Source: Gemmatimonadaceae bacterium
Lineage (GTDB): Bacteria; Gemmatimonadota; Gemmatimonadetes; Gemmatimonadales; Gemmatimonadaceae
Reading direction: 5' to 3'
Assembly (NCBI GenBank): GCA_035317585.1
Contig: DATHGO010000095.1
Coordinates: 1-53,540 of the forward strand
DNA length: 53,540 nucleotides
Positions 18,559 through 27,587 of this stretch are shown here, one piece after another. A program made the translations under genes and the position numbers. The notes beneath the pieces were generated by a model. It was not told where the DNA came from and searched no databases. It worked only from the letters and a program-made list of their open reading frames with translations. Each line of letters opens with the position of its first letter. Positions within the stretch are counted from its first letter, which is position 1.

Positions 18559-19989
18559 ATGTCGCTCAGCCCCGCAGAAGTTTGGAAACGCCTCCTCGAT
18601 CGCGCGCGTCAGGAGCTCCCCGATCAAACCTTCCAAGCCTGGCTCGAGCCTACCGAAGCTCTCTCCATCGAAGGCAGCACCATCTTTGTGGGAGCTCCTG
18701 ATCAGTTTACTGCCGACTGGAATGACTCCAAACATGCCGAGCTACTGTCGAGCTATGCTCCAATAGTTCTTGGCCATCCGCTCCATGTTGCATTCCGAGT
18801 CAACGAAGAGCGGAAAAAGCGCTCTCAGATGGATTTTTTTGTCGGGCCGCCTCCTACCCCAGCGAAGCTGTTACCAGCACAGAATGGAACCAGCTCACCA
18901 CCGCTCAGCGAAAGGTATACGTTCGATCTTTTTGTCATCGGCAAGTCCAATGAGCTTGCCGCTGCAGCAGCAAATGCTGTTAGTCAGGCGCCTGGAAAAG
19001 TATACAACCCACTCTTTATCTATGGAGATACGGGTATCGGCAAAACACATCTCATGCAGGCCATCGCGCATGAGACACTGAAGCGTAGTCCGGCCACCCG
19101 TATCACATATATAGGAACCGAGCAGTTCATGAACGAGCTCATTAGCTCCATGCTCGATCGTACCGGCCCTGAATTTCGGCGGCGTTACAGGGAAACCGAC
19201 CTGTTGCTGGTTGACGACGTCCAATTTCTGAAAGGGCGGAAGGAGGCAACACAGGAAGAGTTCTTCCACACCTTCAACGCCCTGTACGAGGCAGGTCGTC
19301 AGATCGTGCTTACCAGCGATCGACCGCCCTCAGAAATTGCAGGTCTCGAAGCCAGACTAGTCAGTCGGTTCCAGTGGGGAATGGTGGCCGATATCGGACT
19401 CCCCGACTTCGAACATCGAGTTGCAATCCTGAAGCAGAAGGCGCAACTCGACCGCCTGGAGCTCACGATTCCAGACGATGTCGTTCATTTCATTGCCGAG
19501 CACGTCCGGTCAAATGTCAGAGAGCTCGAAGGATCGATCATCAAGCTCCTCGCCTACGCCTCCCTCAAGCACAAGGACATCACCGTTGAAGTCGCGCGTG
19601 AAGCTCTCCGTGACAAGCTCCGGGCTATTGAAGGCCTGGAGCAGGAAGGAAACGCTTCCCTTACCATTCTTGCAATCCAGCAAGCGGTTGCCAAAGAGTG
19701 GGGAGTCACGGTAGACGGGCTTCGCTCAAAGACGAGGACAAAGACGCTTACCACCCCACGGCAGATCGCCATGTATCTCGCCCGTGAGCTTCTTGCTACT
19801 CAGCTCGTCGAGATCGGAAACGCCTTTGGGGGACGCGATCACTCCACAGTAATTCACAGTCTCGAGAAGGTACAGCAAACCATTGTCCAGGATTCAGACC
19901 TGAAATCACGTATCAATCGTATCCGGAATTCCCTCGAAACTTTCAACGTTCGCATCACACCACGTGTGGAAACTACAAGGGCTTCCTGA
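18559..19989 (+). CDS. dnaA: Chromosomal replication initiator DnaA
   Basis: YTFD.FV.G.SN, YNPLFIYGDTGIGKTHL, LLVDDVQF, EEFFHTFN, SRFQWG and FGGRDHSTV. Confidence 0.99.
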   Translation: MSLSPAEVWKRLLDRARQELPDQTFQAWLEPTEALSIEGSTIFVGAPDQFTADWNDSKHAELLSSYAPIVLGHPLHVAFRVNEERKKRSQMDFFVGPPPTPAKLLPAQNGTSSPPLSERYTFDLFVIGKSNELAAAAANAVSQAPGKVYNPLFIYGDTGIGKTHLMQAIAHETLKRSPATRITYIGTEQFMNELISSMLDRTGPEFRRRYRETDLLLVDDVQFLKGRKEATQEEFFHTFNALYEAGRQIVLTSDRPPSEIAGLEARLVSRFQWGMVADIGLPDFEHRVAILKQKAQLDRLELTIPDDVVHFIAEHVRSNVRELEGSIIKLLAYASLKHKDITVEVAREALRDKLRAIEGLEQEGNASLTILAIQQAVAKEWGVTVDGLRSKTRTKTLTTPRQIAMYLARELLATQLVEIGNAFGGRDHSTVIHSLEKVQQTIVQDSDLKSRINRIRNSLETFNVRITPRVETTRAS

Positions 19990-20181
19990 GATCGATGTCG
20001 ACAAGGCCATACAACAGAGATTCCCCACATCCGATCACACATCATCCAGCATAGCGGAAATCCTGCTGCCTCCATAAGTTAGACCCATTCGACAGAAGTC
20101 CACAAAACCTGCTACAGCTACTAGTCTAAGTCTTTATAAAAGACTACTCAGTACCTCACCCGAATTTCCACAGGGGAAGGG
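19965..20181. other. Probable oriC (dnaA-dnaN interval)
   Basis: Degenerate DnaA boxes (TGTGGAAAC ~19965, TTCCCCACA 20021, AAGTCCACA 20096, ATTTCCACA 20164), trio-like CTG-CTA-CAG-CTA-CTA at 20109-20123, then an AT-rich tract. Confidence 0.8.
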
Positions 20182-21294
20182 ATGCGCTTTACGATCTCTC
20201 GCGAAAAACTTCAAGAAGGTCTCGCCGCTGTAGCAGCAAGCATTCCGGCAAAAACGACGTTGCCGGTGTTGGCGAACATCCTTCTCGAGACGACCGATAA
20301 AGGGATCAAGCTGTCAGGGACAGATCTGGATATTGCGGTCAGCACAGAGGTAATGGCGGATGTTGATGCTGCAGGAGCGGTAACTGTTCCTGCAAGAAAA
20401 TTGAGTGAAATCGCACGGGAATTGCCGCCTGCTCCGGTTAAAATCGCTGCAGTTGGGGAACAACGTGTCACCTTGGATTGTGGTCGCTCTCGGTTCAAAC
20501 TCCTGGGACTGCCGAGAGACGAGTTTCCGACCTTTCCATCTGTGCGATTCAATGAAAGCTGGAGAATCCGATCGGGTGATTTGCAGCAGTTGATCTCTCA
20601 TACTTCATTTGCGGTCTCTTCGGAAGAAAGCAGACCAATCTTGAACGGAGTTTTGTGGGAGCTCAGGCCGGATCGGATGCGCATGGTGGCGACAAATGGC
20701 CACCGACTGGCAAAGATGGAAATGCCGATTGATTCGGCTAATGCGCCAGCGAGCGATCTAATCGTTCCTCCGAAGGCTTTGGAGCAGGTCAGAAGGCTCT
20801 TTCCGGCAGAGGAAGAACTTGAAATTGCACGCGGAGACAACCACATCGGTTTCAGGTCGCCATTCACCGCGGTTTTCACACGCCTTATCGAAGGACCATA
20901 TCCGAACTACGAACAGGTTATACCCAAGGACAATGACAGAGTAGCGATTGCTGATAAGGTCGCTCTTTCAAGCGCGCTGAAGAGAATGTCTGTAATTGCT
21001 TCGGATCAGACCCATCGAATTCGCCTCTCCTTCAACTCAGGGATGCTGAAGTTCAGTGTTCAAACTCCGGATCTCGGTGAGGCCCAGGATGAGCTTCCTA
21101 TTCGCTACACTGGCGATCAGCTCGACATTGGGTTCAACGCCAGCTATCTCCTCGAAATCTTGCGCTATATCCCGACGGAGGAAGTGCGTTTGACCTTCAA
21201 AGCGCCAGAGCGCGCGGCAACGGTAGAACCGGAAGGCTGGAAAGATCCTGCGTCATACATGTGCCTGGTGATGCCACTTCGGCTCGTCGACTAG
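20182..21294 (+). CDS. dnaN: DNA polymerase III beta sliding clamp
   Basis: TLPVLANILL, GTDL, SRPILNGV, ATNGHRL, RLIEGPYPNY, GFN..YL and LVMPLR. Confidence 0.99.
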   Translation: MRFTISREKLQEGLAAVAASIPAKTTLPVLANILLETTDKGIKLSGTDLDIAVSTEVMADVDAAGAVTVPARKLSEIARELPPAPVKIAAVGEQRVTLDCGRSRFKLLGLPRDEFPTFPSVRFNESWRIRSGDLQQLISHTSFAVSSEESRPILNGVLWELRPDRMRMVATNGHRLAKMEMPIDSANAPASDLIVPPKALEQVRRLFPAEEELEIARGDNHIGFRSPFTAVFTRLIEGPYPNYEQVIPKDNDRVAIADKVALSSALKRMSVIASDQTHRIRLSFNSGMLKFSVQTPDLGEAQDELPIRYTGDQLDIGFNASYLLEILRYIPTEEVRLTFKAPERAATVEPEGWKDPASYMCLVMPLRLVD

Positions 21295-22154
21295 CGAACG
21301 AAGTTGAACTCCTGCTTCGAGCTTTGCTTGAAGCGGTTGATCTTGCCAGATGCCGTGATTGACAGATCCAGATCCTGTCCGGTATTGACTCGCACGATGC
21401 GCCCATCTCTTGGGCTCACGTAGTAAAGCGCATTTCCAGTCCCGCTAGCATCGAGTATTACGCGATGTTGTTGTTGGGCCCCCTCTCCATGAGCATGGAT
21501 TGAATCCGTGCGCTGAATGACCAGAACTGGCTCGCCCTGGTATACAGTTTCGCTTGAGACGAGGTATGATCTGGCAATATGTGCCGTCGTCGGGATCATG
21601 CCTTGGCAGGCAGTCAATTCCACAGAGTCTCTCCAGCTGCTTCCCTGTGAAAGCTGGACGGGAAAGCGCACGAATAAATTGTGGAGGTCAGCTGAAAGCG
21701 CTGAGCTGACAGGATTGCATTTTCCAGCAATGCTGTCGACTGAGATTATCAGGCTGTCGCCTATGAATGATCCCGAGAGTTGCACAGGAAGTGGTACGGA
21801 TTGTACGGGGCCGATCGTACCCTGGGTTGTGGTTGAGAATGTGTCGACGATTGCGCTGAAGTGAATTGTGTCTCCAGCTGGCTCGAGTGTAAGCGATTCG
21901 TGCGTTGTGTTCGTGGAGACTTCCCGGTGTGAGCCCGAATCAGATTGGCTTTCTATCCCTGCGCTCCTGGATATCTGGTAGGCGATAGAACCTGGCGCAT
22001 AGGTGAAGGTCCAGGGGCCAGCCGCGGATGATACGGGCACTGGATTGGGTAAGGAGGGCGACGGAATCGGCCGGCCCGGCTGTGGCACTGTGGAGGCTGT
22101 ACAAGCCGCCGAGAGGCAGATGAGGAAATGCCAGCTACCAGTTCTGCGACGCAT
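21291..22154 (-). CDS. Hypothetical lipoprotein, beta-rich
   Basis: MRRRTGSWHFLICLSAAC lipobox-like start at 22154. The track extension to 22412 runs into rnpB. Confidence 0.7.
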   Translation of the reverse strand: MRRRTGSWHFLICLSAACTASTVPQPGRPIPSPSLPNPVPVSSAAGPWTFTYAPGSIAYQISRSAGIESQSDSGSHREVSTNTTHESLTLEPAGDTIHFSAIVDTFSTTTQGTIGPVQSVPLPVQLSGSFIGDSLIISVDSIAGKCNPVSSALSADLHNLFVRFPVQLSQGSSWRDSVELTACQGMIPTTAHIARSYLVSSETVYQGEPVLVIQRTDSIHAHGEGAQQQHRVILDASGTGNALYYVSPRDGRIVRVNTGQDLDLSITASGKINRFKQSSKQEFNFVR

Positions 22155-22236
22155 CGTCCTTGCTCTTTTGGTCGCTCGCGGTTTGGAAAAACGAGCAACC
22201 TCTGACATTATTCCGCCAGAGGTTGCTCCATCATTG

Positions 22237-22618
22237 GCAAACGGTCTATAAGCCGGGTTCTGTCGGGTTACTTTCGTGACCCGGACGATCATTTCTCTAC
22301 GAGCATGGTCACCCATGCTCTCTAGCAGCCTACCCGCGGTGTCTTGATCGAGGTGGACGCCTCTCGCCGCATATTTGGCCTTGCTCCAACTGGGGTTTGC
22401 CATGCCGCACATGTCGCCATGAGCGCGGTGGGCTCTTACCCCACCGTTTCACCCTTACCACCTGTGAAGATGGCGGTCTGTTCTCTGTGGCACTATCCGT
22501 CGCGAACCGCTCTCGCCGTTCACGCCCAGGCGTTACCTGGCAGCCTGTCCACCGGAGCCCGGACTTTCCTCGAATAGGTACCACATGGGTACTAATGCGC
22601 GATCGTCCGACCGTTTGC
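22237..22618 (-). ncRNA. rnpB: RNase P RNA, bacterial type A
   Basis: GAGGAAAGTCCGGGCTC, AGTGCCACAGA, AGGGTGAAACGGTGGGGTAAGAGCCCAC, GAGCAAGGCC and ACAGAACCCGGCTTAT; terminal P1 helix GCAAACGGTC/GACCGTTTGC. Confidence 0.98.
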
Positions 22619-22626
22619 TTACTCGA

Positions 22627-22635
22627 AATATAGCA
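22627..22635 (-). promoter_or_regulatory. Extended -10 promoter of rnpB
   Basis: TGC-TATATT about 8 nt upstream of the P1 5' strand. Confidence 0.65.
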
Positions 22636-22752
22636 GAATGACGAAAGCAGGTAGATCCTGGTTTCAGTCTTCCGAACCAATGACGAGTATCTGACGGGCA
22701 TCTGTATTGTTCCTCCTCGGCGTGGTCTTACCCGTTAACCGTGAGGATCCAT

Positions 22753-23655
22753 ATGCCTTCCGACTCGAAGCGCGGCACCCGTACTCCTGTTTCGACTATT
22801 CTTACTCCTCTCGAGCGTTCCCGGGTCGATGCAGCAGCGCAAGGATTGTGTGATGCCATTCACAGAGAATCGCTCGATGAGGTTCTTTCGGATCTCAGGC
22901 AACAGAAAGCCACGCTGGTGCTGATTTCAGTTGCCCGATATGGCTCTCAGAATTCCAGTAGAGTTGCGGCAATGGTTCGGGAATTCCCGAGAGTGCCCGC
23001 TGTTGCGTTGCTGACCGAAACGCAGAACTCGACGCCGCACACGACGCTGGCCCTCGGGCAGCTCGGGATTCGAACACTCGTCGACGCAAGAATGCCGGCT
23101 GGGTGGCAGACACTGAGAAATATTCTTGCGTCGCAAGGCTCAGGCGATCTGCAACGCTCGGCGTTGGCGCAGATAAGTCTCGATTTGCCCGGTGTATCGA
23201 AGGATTGCTGGCGCTTCTTCGAGCTGCTTTTTGACTCATCGCCAAAGATCTCTACCGTGCGGCAGCTCGCACGTCACCTCAATATCCTGCCCAGCACGCT
23301 CATGAGTCGGTTCTTTCGTGCGAAACTGCCAGCTCCGAAACGATATCTGTCGCTGGCAAGACTGATACGGGCAGCTCGGCTTTTTGAGAATCCGGGACTA
23401 TCCGTCGCGCGAGTGGCGAACCATCTCGACTACTCATCACCCCAAAGCTTTGGTCGCCATGTACGTACGGTGATGAAAATGTCTCCTGTGAGATTCAGGA
23501 GCACGTACGATGGACAGGGTATGCTTCAGTTCTTCAGGACGGAATTGATTCTGCCGCACGTTGATGTTCTTTGTGTCTTCCGTCCGTCCGCGGCGTATCC
23601 AGGCTGGATACCAAAGCCCGAGCCTGGTGAGAGCTCTAGGCCTCGAGAGCACTGA
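22753..23655 (+). CDS. AraC-family transcriptional regulator
   Basis: C-terminal double HTH (QLARHL..STL.SRF; SVARVANHLDYSSPQSFGRH). Confidence 0.85.
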   Translation: MPSDSKRGTRTPVSTILTPLERSRVDAAAQGLCDAIHRESLDEVLSDLRQQKATLVLISVARYGSQNSSRVAAMVREFPRVPAVALLTETQNSTPHTTLALGQLGIRTLVDARMPAGWQTLRNILASQGSGDLQRSALAQISLDLPGVSKDCWRFFELLFDSSPKISTVRQLARHLNILPSTLMSRFFRAKLPAPKRYLSLARLIRAARLFENPGLSVARVANHLDYSSPQSFGRHVRTVMKMSPVRFRSTYDGQGMLQFFRTELILPHVDVLCVFRPSAAYPGWIPKPEPGESSRPREH

Positions 23656-24193
23656 AGATCTGGCTTGCCGCAACGAGACTGATAACCGGAACACCGGTGG
23701 CTTCAATCGCCTGTCGCCCGCCCTCTTCACGGTCGACCAGGGCGAGCACGCCAGCTACAATGCCGTTTGCCGCGCGCACGGCTTCAATGGCGCGAATCGC
23801 TGATCCGCCAGTTGTGATTACGTCCTCTATCACGGCCACACGATCACCCTCTTTGAAGGGTCCTTCGATGGCTTTTCCTGTTCCGTGAGACTTTACTTCC
23901 TTTCGGACCGTGAACGCTCGCACAGGACGATCAGATCGAGCACTGGCGTAGCTGATAGCATAGGAGATTGGATCAGCACCGAGAGTGAGACCACCAACTG
24001 CATCCACTTCCCATCCCGATTGACGGAGCGTGGAAAGCGCCAACGGACCGATGACTGACAGGCCCTCCGGACTCATCGTCGTCAATCTTGCATCGACGTA
24101 GTACTTCGACTGCTTTCCGGAAGCGAGCGTAAACTGACCACGTTTTGTGGAGCGCTCGGCAAGCAGAGCAACGAGTACGGATTGATCAGTCAT
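23636..24193 (-). CDS. pyrE: Orotate phosphoribosyltransferase
   Basis: FTLASG.QS.YYVD, RKEVK.HG and VIEDVITTGGS. Confidence 0.95.
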   Translation of the reverse strand: MTDQSVLVALLAERSTKRGQFTLASGKQSKYYVDARLTTMSPEGLSVIGPLALSTLRQSGWEVDAVGGLTLGADPISYAISYASARSDRPVRAFTVRKEVKSHGTGKAIEGPFKEGDRVAVIEDVITTGGSAIRAIEAVRAANGIVAGVLALVDREEGGRQAIEATGVPVISLVAASQIFSALEA

Positions 24194-24229
24194 GGTGCGA
24201 GAGGTTATGGATTCTTATGATTGGAGTCA

Positions 24230-25177
24230 ATGCATTTGCTTTCGCAGGTCGGGTTTGGTCGCTGGACTGGTTTTGTCGGGTGGATCGTCTCCCTTGCAAC
24301 TGTTCTCGGTCTTGCCCTCGTAATTCGCCACGAGCGGCGCCAGGCGCGCAGTCTGGTCGAGCGGTCGAAGGAGCTGGAAAGGCTCTCTTCCGAACTGTTG
24401 CGGGTGAACCGTATGAAAAGTGAGTTCCTGGCGAATGTATCCCACGAGCTTCGAACTCCGCTAAACGCCATCGTCGGCTTTGTGGATCTGTTGCGGGAAG
24501 GCGTGTACGGGGAACTTGCTCCCCGGCAGGTAAAGCCGGTCGAGCGCATAGAGGCTTCAGCCAATCATCTCCGGCATCTCGTCGACCAGGTCCTCGATCT
24601 TGCGAAAATGGCCGCGGGCAGGCTCGAGATTCATACCGAAACCATCGACCTGCGCCCATTTGTTCTCGATGTGGCGAGCGAGATAGAGTCGCTGGTAAGT
24701 GAAAAGGGTCTGCACCTGTCGCTCGTAATGGGAGCGGCGCTTCCGCGTATCAGAACTGACCCGACACATTTGCGACAGATCCTCGTAAATCTGCTGGGGA
24801 ATGCGGTGAAGTACACGAACGAAGGTGGAATCATCATTCGCACTCGCCTCGTTGATTCCCTCCCCGACAGCGGGTCTCCTGCCGTCGATCGGAGCTCTTA
24901 CCCAACAAATGCCTGGATCGGAATCCAGGTAATCGATACTGGGATCGGAATCGATCCGGCAGACCAGAGTCGGATCTTTGAGGAGTTCGAGCAGATAGAC
25001 GCCGGCCCTCGAGGCAACTCCGCAGAGCGCGGCACCGGACTGGGACTCGCTATCTCTCGCCGGCTAGCTGCTTTGATCGGTGGAATGGTGGAACTCGAGA
25101 GCGAGCTCGGAAAAGGTTCGACCTTTACGCTCTGGCTGCCAGTAGACCCCGATGATTTACCGGTTACGCCTAAGTAA
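24230..25177 (+). CDS. Membrane-anchored histidine kinase without an obvious sensor domain
   Basis: One TM, SHELRTPLN H-box, NLLGNAVKYT, DTGIGI and GTGLGL. Confidence 0.9.
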   Translation: MHLLSQVGFGRWTGFVGWIVSLATVLGLALVIRHERRQARSLVERSKELERLSSELLRVNRMKSEFLANVSHELRTPLNAIVGFVDLLREGVYGELAPRQVKPVERIEASANHLRHLVDQVLDLAKMAAGRLEIHTETIDLRPFVLDVASEIESLVSEKGLHLSLVMGAALPRIRTDPTHLRQILVNLLGNAVKYTNEGGIIIRTRLVDSLPDSGSPAVDRSSYPTNAWIGIQVIDTGIGIDPADQSRIFEEFEQIDAGPRGNSAERGTGLGLAISRRLAALIGGMVELESELGKGSTFTLWLPVDPDDLPVTPK

Positions 25178-26065
25178 TCCCTTGAACTTGTCCAGAATCT
25201 TTGGTTGTTCGGGAGGGATGCGGGCTGCTTCGGCAAAGGCGTTGGCAAATGCCATCACGCTCGGATACCGTGCAGCAGGCGATCGGGAGAGTGCGCGCAT
25301 GACTACAGCGTCGAGCTCCGGCGCGAATTCGAACCCTCCCTCTCCTGCGTCCTTCAACGGGATAGGAGGCATCGTCAGGAGCTGGGTGAACATTTCACGG
25401 GGTGCCTTGGCCGTATAAGGCAAACAACGCGTTAGCAGGAAATACGCAATCGTAGCGAGACTGTACTGGTCGGCGGCGGCGGTTACGATTTCGCCCGATA
25501 GTGCCTCGGGAGCGATGTACATCAGCGTGCCGACAAAAAAACCGGCACGGGTCAGACGCTCGTCACTCGGAGCTTGTGTGTCAGTCGCAATCCCGAAATC
25601 GAGCAGCTTTACGCGCCTTGTTTTGGGGTCGTACATCACGTTCTCTGGCTTTAGATCGCGATGGACGATGTTAGCGTCATGAGCCGCCTGCACACCGGCT
25701 GCTATCTGTGAAACGATGGTTGCGACTTCGTCTGTTGGCAGGGGCGCGTTCTGCTTGGCATAGCGTTCCAGGATCTCGCCTTCGGCCCACTCGATAGCGA
25801 GAAAATGGAGGCCGCTATCGGACTCTCCTATCTCGATCGTCTCTACGACATTGGGATGTTTTACCCTGGCACCGTACTTTGCCTCGCGAACAAAACGGGT
25901 TACTGCCGTCTTGTCCTGGCGTAGCTTTTCCCGTAGCACTTTGAGGGCTACGGTGCCATGATTCGGATGCTCGGCAAGGTACACAGCGGAAGTGCCGCCT
26001 TCACCTACCTCTTTCCTGATTGCATAGCCAGCGACCGAAGCTCCGACCATCTGTTCTCGAGACAC
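25157..26065 (-). CDS. Hanks-type Ser/Thr protein kinase, cytoplasmic
   Basis: GEGGTSAVY, VALK, HRDLKPEN, DFG and GT..Y.APE; no TM. Confidence 0.93.
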   Translation of the reverse strand: MSREQMVGASVAGYAIRKEVGEGGTSAVYLAEHPNHGTVALKVLREKLRQDKTAVTRFVREAKYGARVKHPNVVETIEIGESDSGLHFLAIEWAEGEILERYAKQNAPLPTDEVATIVSQIAAGVQAAHDANIVHRDLKPENVMYDPKTRRVKLLDFGIATDTQAPSDERLTRAGFFVGTLMYIAPEALSGEIVTAAADQYSLATIAYFLLTRCLPYTAKAPREMFTQLLTMPPIPLKDAGEGGFEFAPELDAVVMRALSRSPAARYPSVMAFANAFAEAARIPPEQPKILDKFKGLLRRNR

Positions 26066-26115
26066 GCCGCGAAGCTAATAGAAACCCGCAACACCGGATA
26101 GGGTAATAACTGCTC

Positions 26116-27501
26116 ATGCTGATTTCTGCCAAATACTGTTTGAGCCTGCTCTTCCTCGGGACCACTGTCGTCGGTGGCTGCAGCTCCGCGCCGTCACGGG
26201 TCAACCCCCAGGCTGATCCGAAAGGGCTGCCCCAGGTGGGAACTTCAGCTCCTGATGTCAGTGAGCTCTATCGGGAAATCGGCTTGCTGGCAGCTCCCGG
26301 TCCCGTCGCATTTGTCGGAAAGATTTCTTCCTTTGCGAGCGCGTTTCCGGACACGACTCTCGTTCTGGTGAGCATCTCAATCCCCAACCGTGCGCTCACG
26401 TTCACCAGAGAAGCCGATCGGTATCGTGCTCCTTATGAGGTAAAGCTCAGCCTCAACCGCGGTGACATCGAGGCGGCAAGCGTCAATTCGATGGAGATAG
26501 TTCGCGTTGGATCATTCCGCGAGGTAAACCGCACCGACGAGAGCATAATCTTCCAACACTATTTCCATGTGCGGCCTGGCACCTATACGATTTCGGCAAC
26601 GGTACGTGATGTGGGCGGGTCACGAGGTGCAGCCCAGCAGGCTACGGTAATCGTTCCCGCGCTCGGAGCCGGACGGCTCTCCACCCCGGTCCTCGTTTAT
26701 GAAGCGACGGGCAGATTGATTCTCGACTCGGCGCCAGGTTTACTTGCGAGTCCTCGCTCGAGTGCGGTGTTTGGTCGCGACAGCACCGTTGCGATTTATG
26801 TTGAAGGATACGGTCAGGGAGCTCGCCTGCCCGTCGATTTTGTCGTTCGCAACGACAAGGGTGCGCAGCTGTGGCGCGATTCGGTCACGTTGGCACGTCA
26901 TGGGGGGCTGTTCAGCGGCGTGGTAAGCGTGCCTATCTCGACAGTGGGCGTTGGCATTGCTCAGGTCTCTTTCACCCGGCGAGACGCACCCGACAGTGTG
27001 AAAGCTCCATTGTTCGTGAGCTTTGGCGAGGATATTCCGCTCATGTCGTTCGAAGACATGCTCGGTTATCTGCGATACTTCGCGAATTCCGGCCGTCTCA
27101 ACGCGCTTCGCAGTGCTCCACCCGAGAAACGCGCAACGGTATGGGCAGAATTTCTCCGTGCAACTGACCCGATACCCGAAACGCCGATTAATGAAGACAT
27201 GCAGGCGTATTTTGGCAGGATTCAACTGGCGAACAGTCAGTTCAGAATGGATCGAAATCCGGGATGGCTCTCGGATCGCGGAATGGTATTCGTGGCATTG
27301 GGCGACCCCGATCAAATCCTCGAGCGGCAGGTGAATCAGACGATCACGACTACCCAGATGGGATCTACAGCGCGGATTCAAATCTGGCAGTATCGCAATT
27401 ACAACTCGCAGCTGATCTTCTACGAAGAGGCCGGAAAATGGAGACTGACCAGGCCTAGCGAGTCCGAGTTTCTTGCGCTCAACGCCCGCCGACAGCGATA
27501 G
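26116..27501 (+). CDS. GWxTD-domain-like lipoprotein
   Basis: Lipobox VVGGC; C-terminal DP.PETP.NE...RI..AN..F...GWLSDRGMVFV..G.PD. Confidence 0.75.
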   Translation: MLISAKYCLSLLFLGTTVVGGCSSAPSRVNPQADPKGLPQVGTSAPDVSELYREIGLLAAPGPVAFVGKISSFASAFPDTTLVLVSISIPNRALTFTREADRYRAPYEVKLSLNRGDIEAASVNSMEIVRVGSFREVNRTDESIIFQHYFHVRPGTYTISATVRDVGGSRGAAQQATVIVPALGAGRLSTPVLVYEATGRLILDSAPGLLASPRSSAVFGRDSTVAIYVEGYGQGARLPVDFVVRNDKGAQLWRDSVTLARHGGLFSGVVSVPISTVGVGIAQVSFTRRDAPDSVKAPLFVSFGEDIPLMSFEDMLGYLRYFANSGRLNALRSAPPEKRATVWAEFLRATDPIPETPINEDMQAYFGRIQLANSQFRMDRNPGWLSDRGMVFVALGDPDQILERQVNQTITTTQMGSTARIQIWQYRNYNSQLIFYEEAGKWRLTRPSESEFLALNARRQR

Positions 27502-27587
27502 ATACACTTTTGCGAGCGTCGTACAGTCCCCTTTCCAATACACGCTCTCGTGCTCCTGCAAAAACGAGGGCGTTTTATATTGACTCC

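Noticed and set aside
22155-22701. ORFs and an N-terminal extension overlapping rnpB
   Set aside because: The region is the RNase P RNA gene; the lipoprotein start at 22154 fits better.
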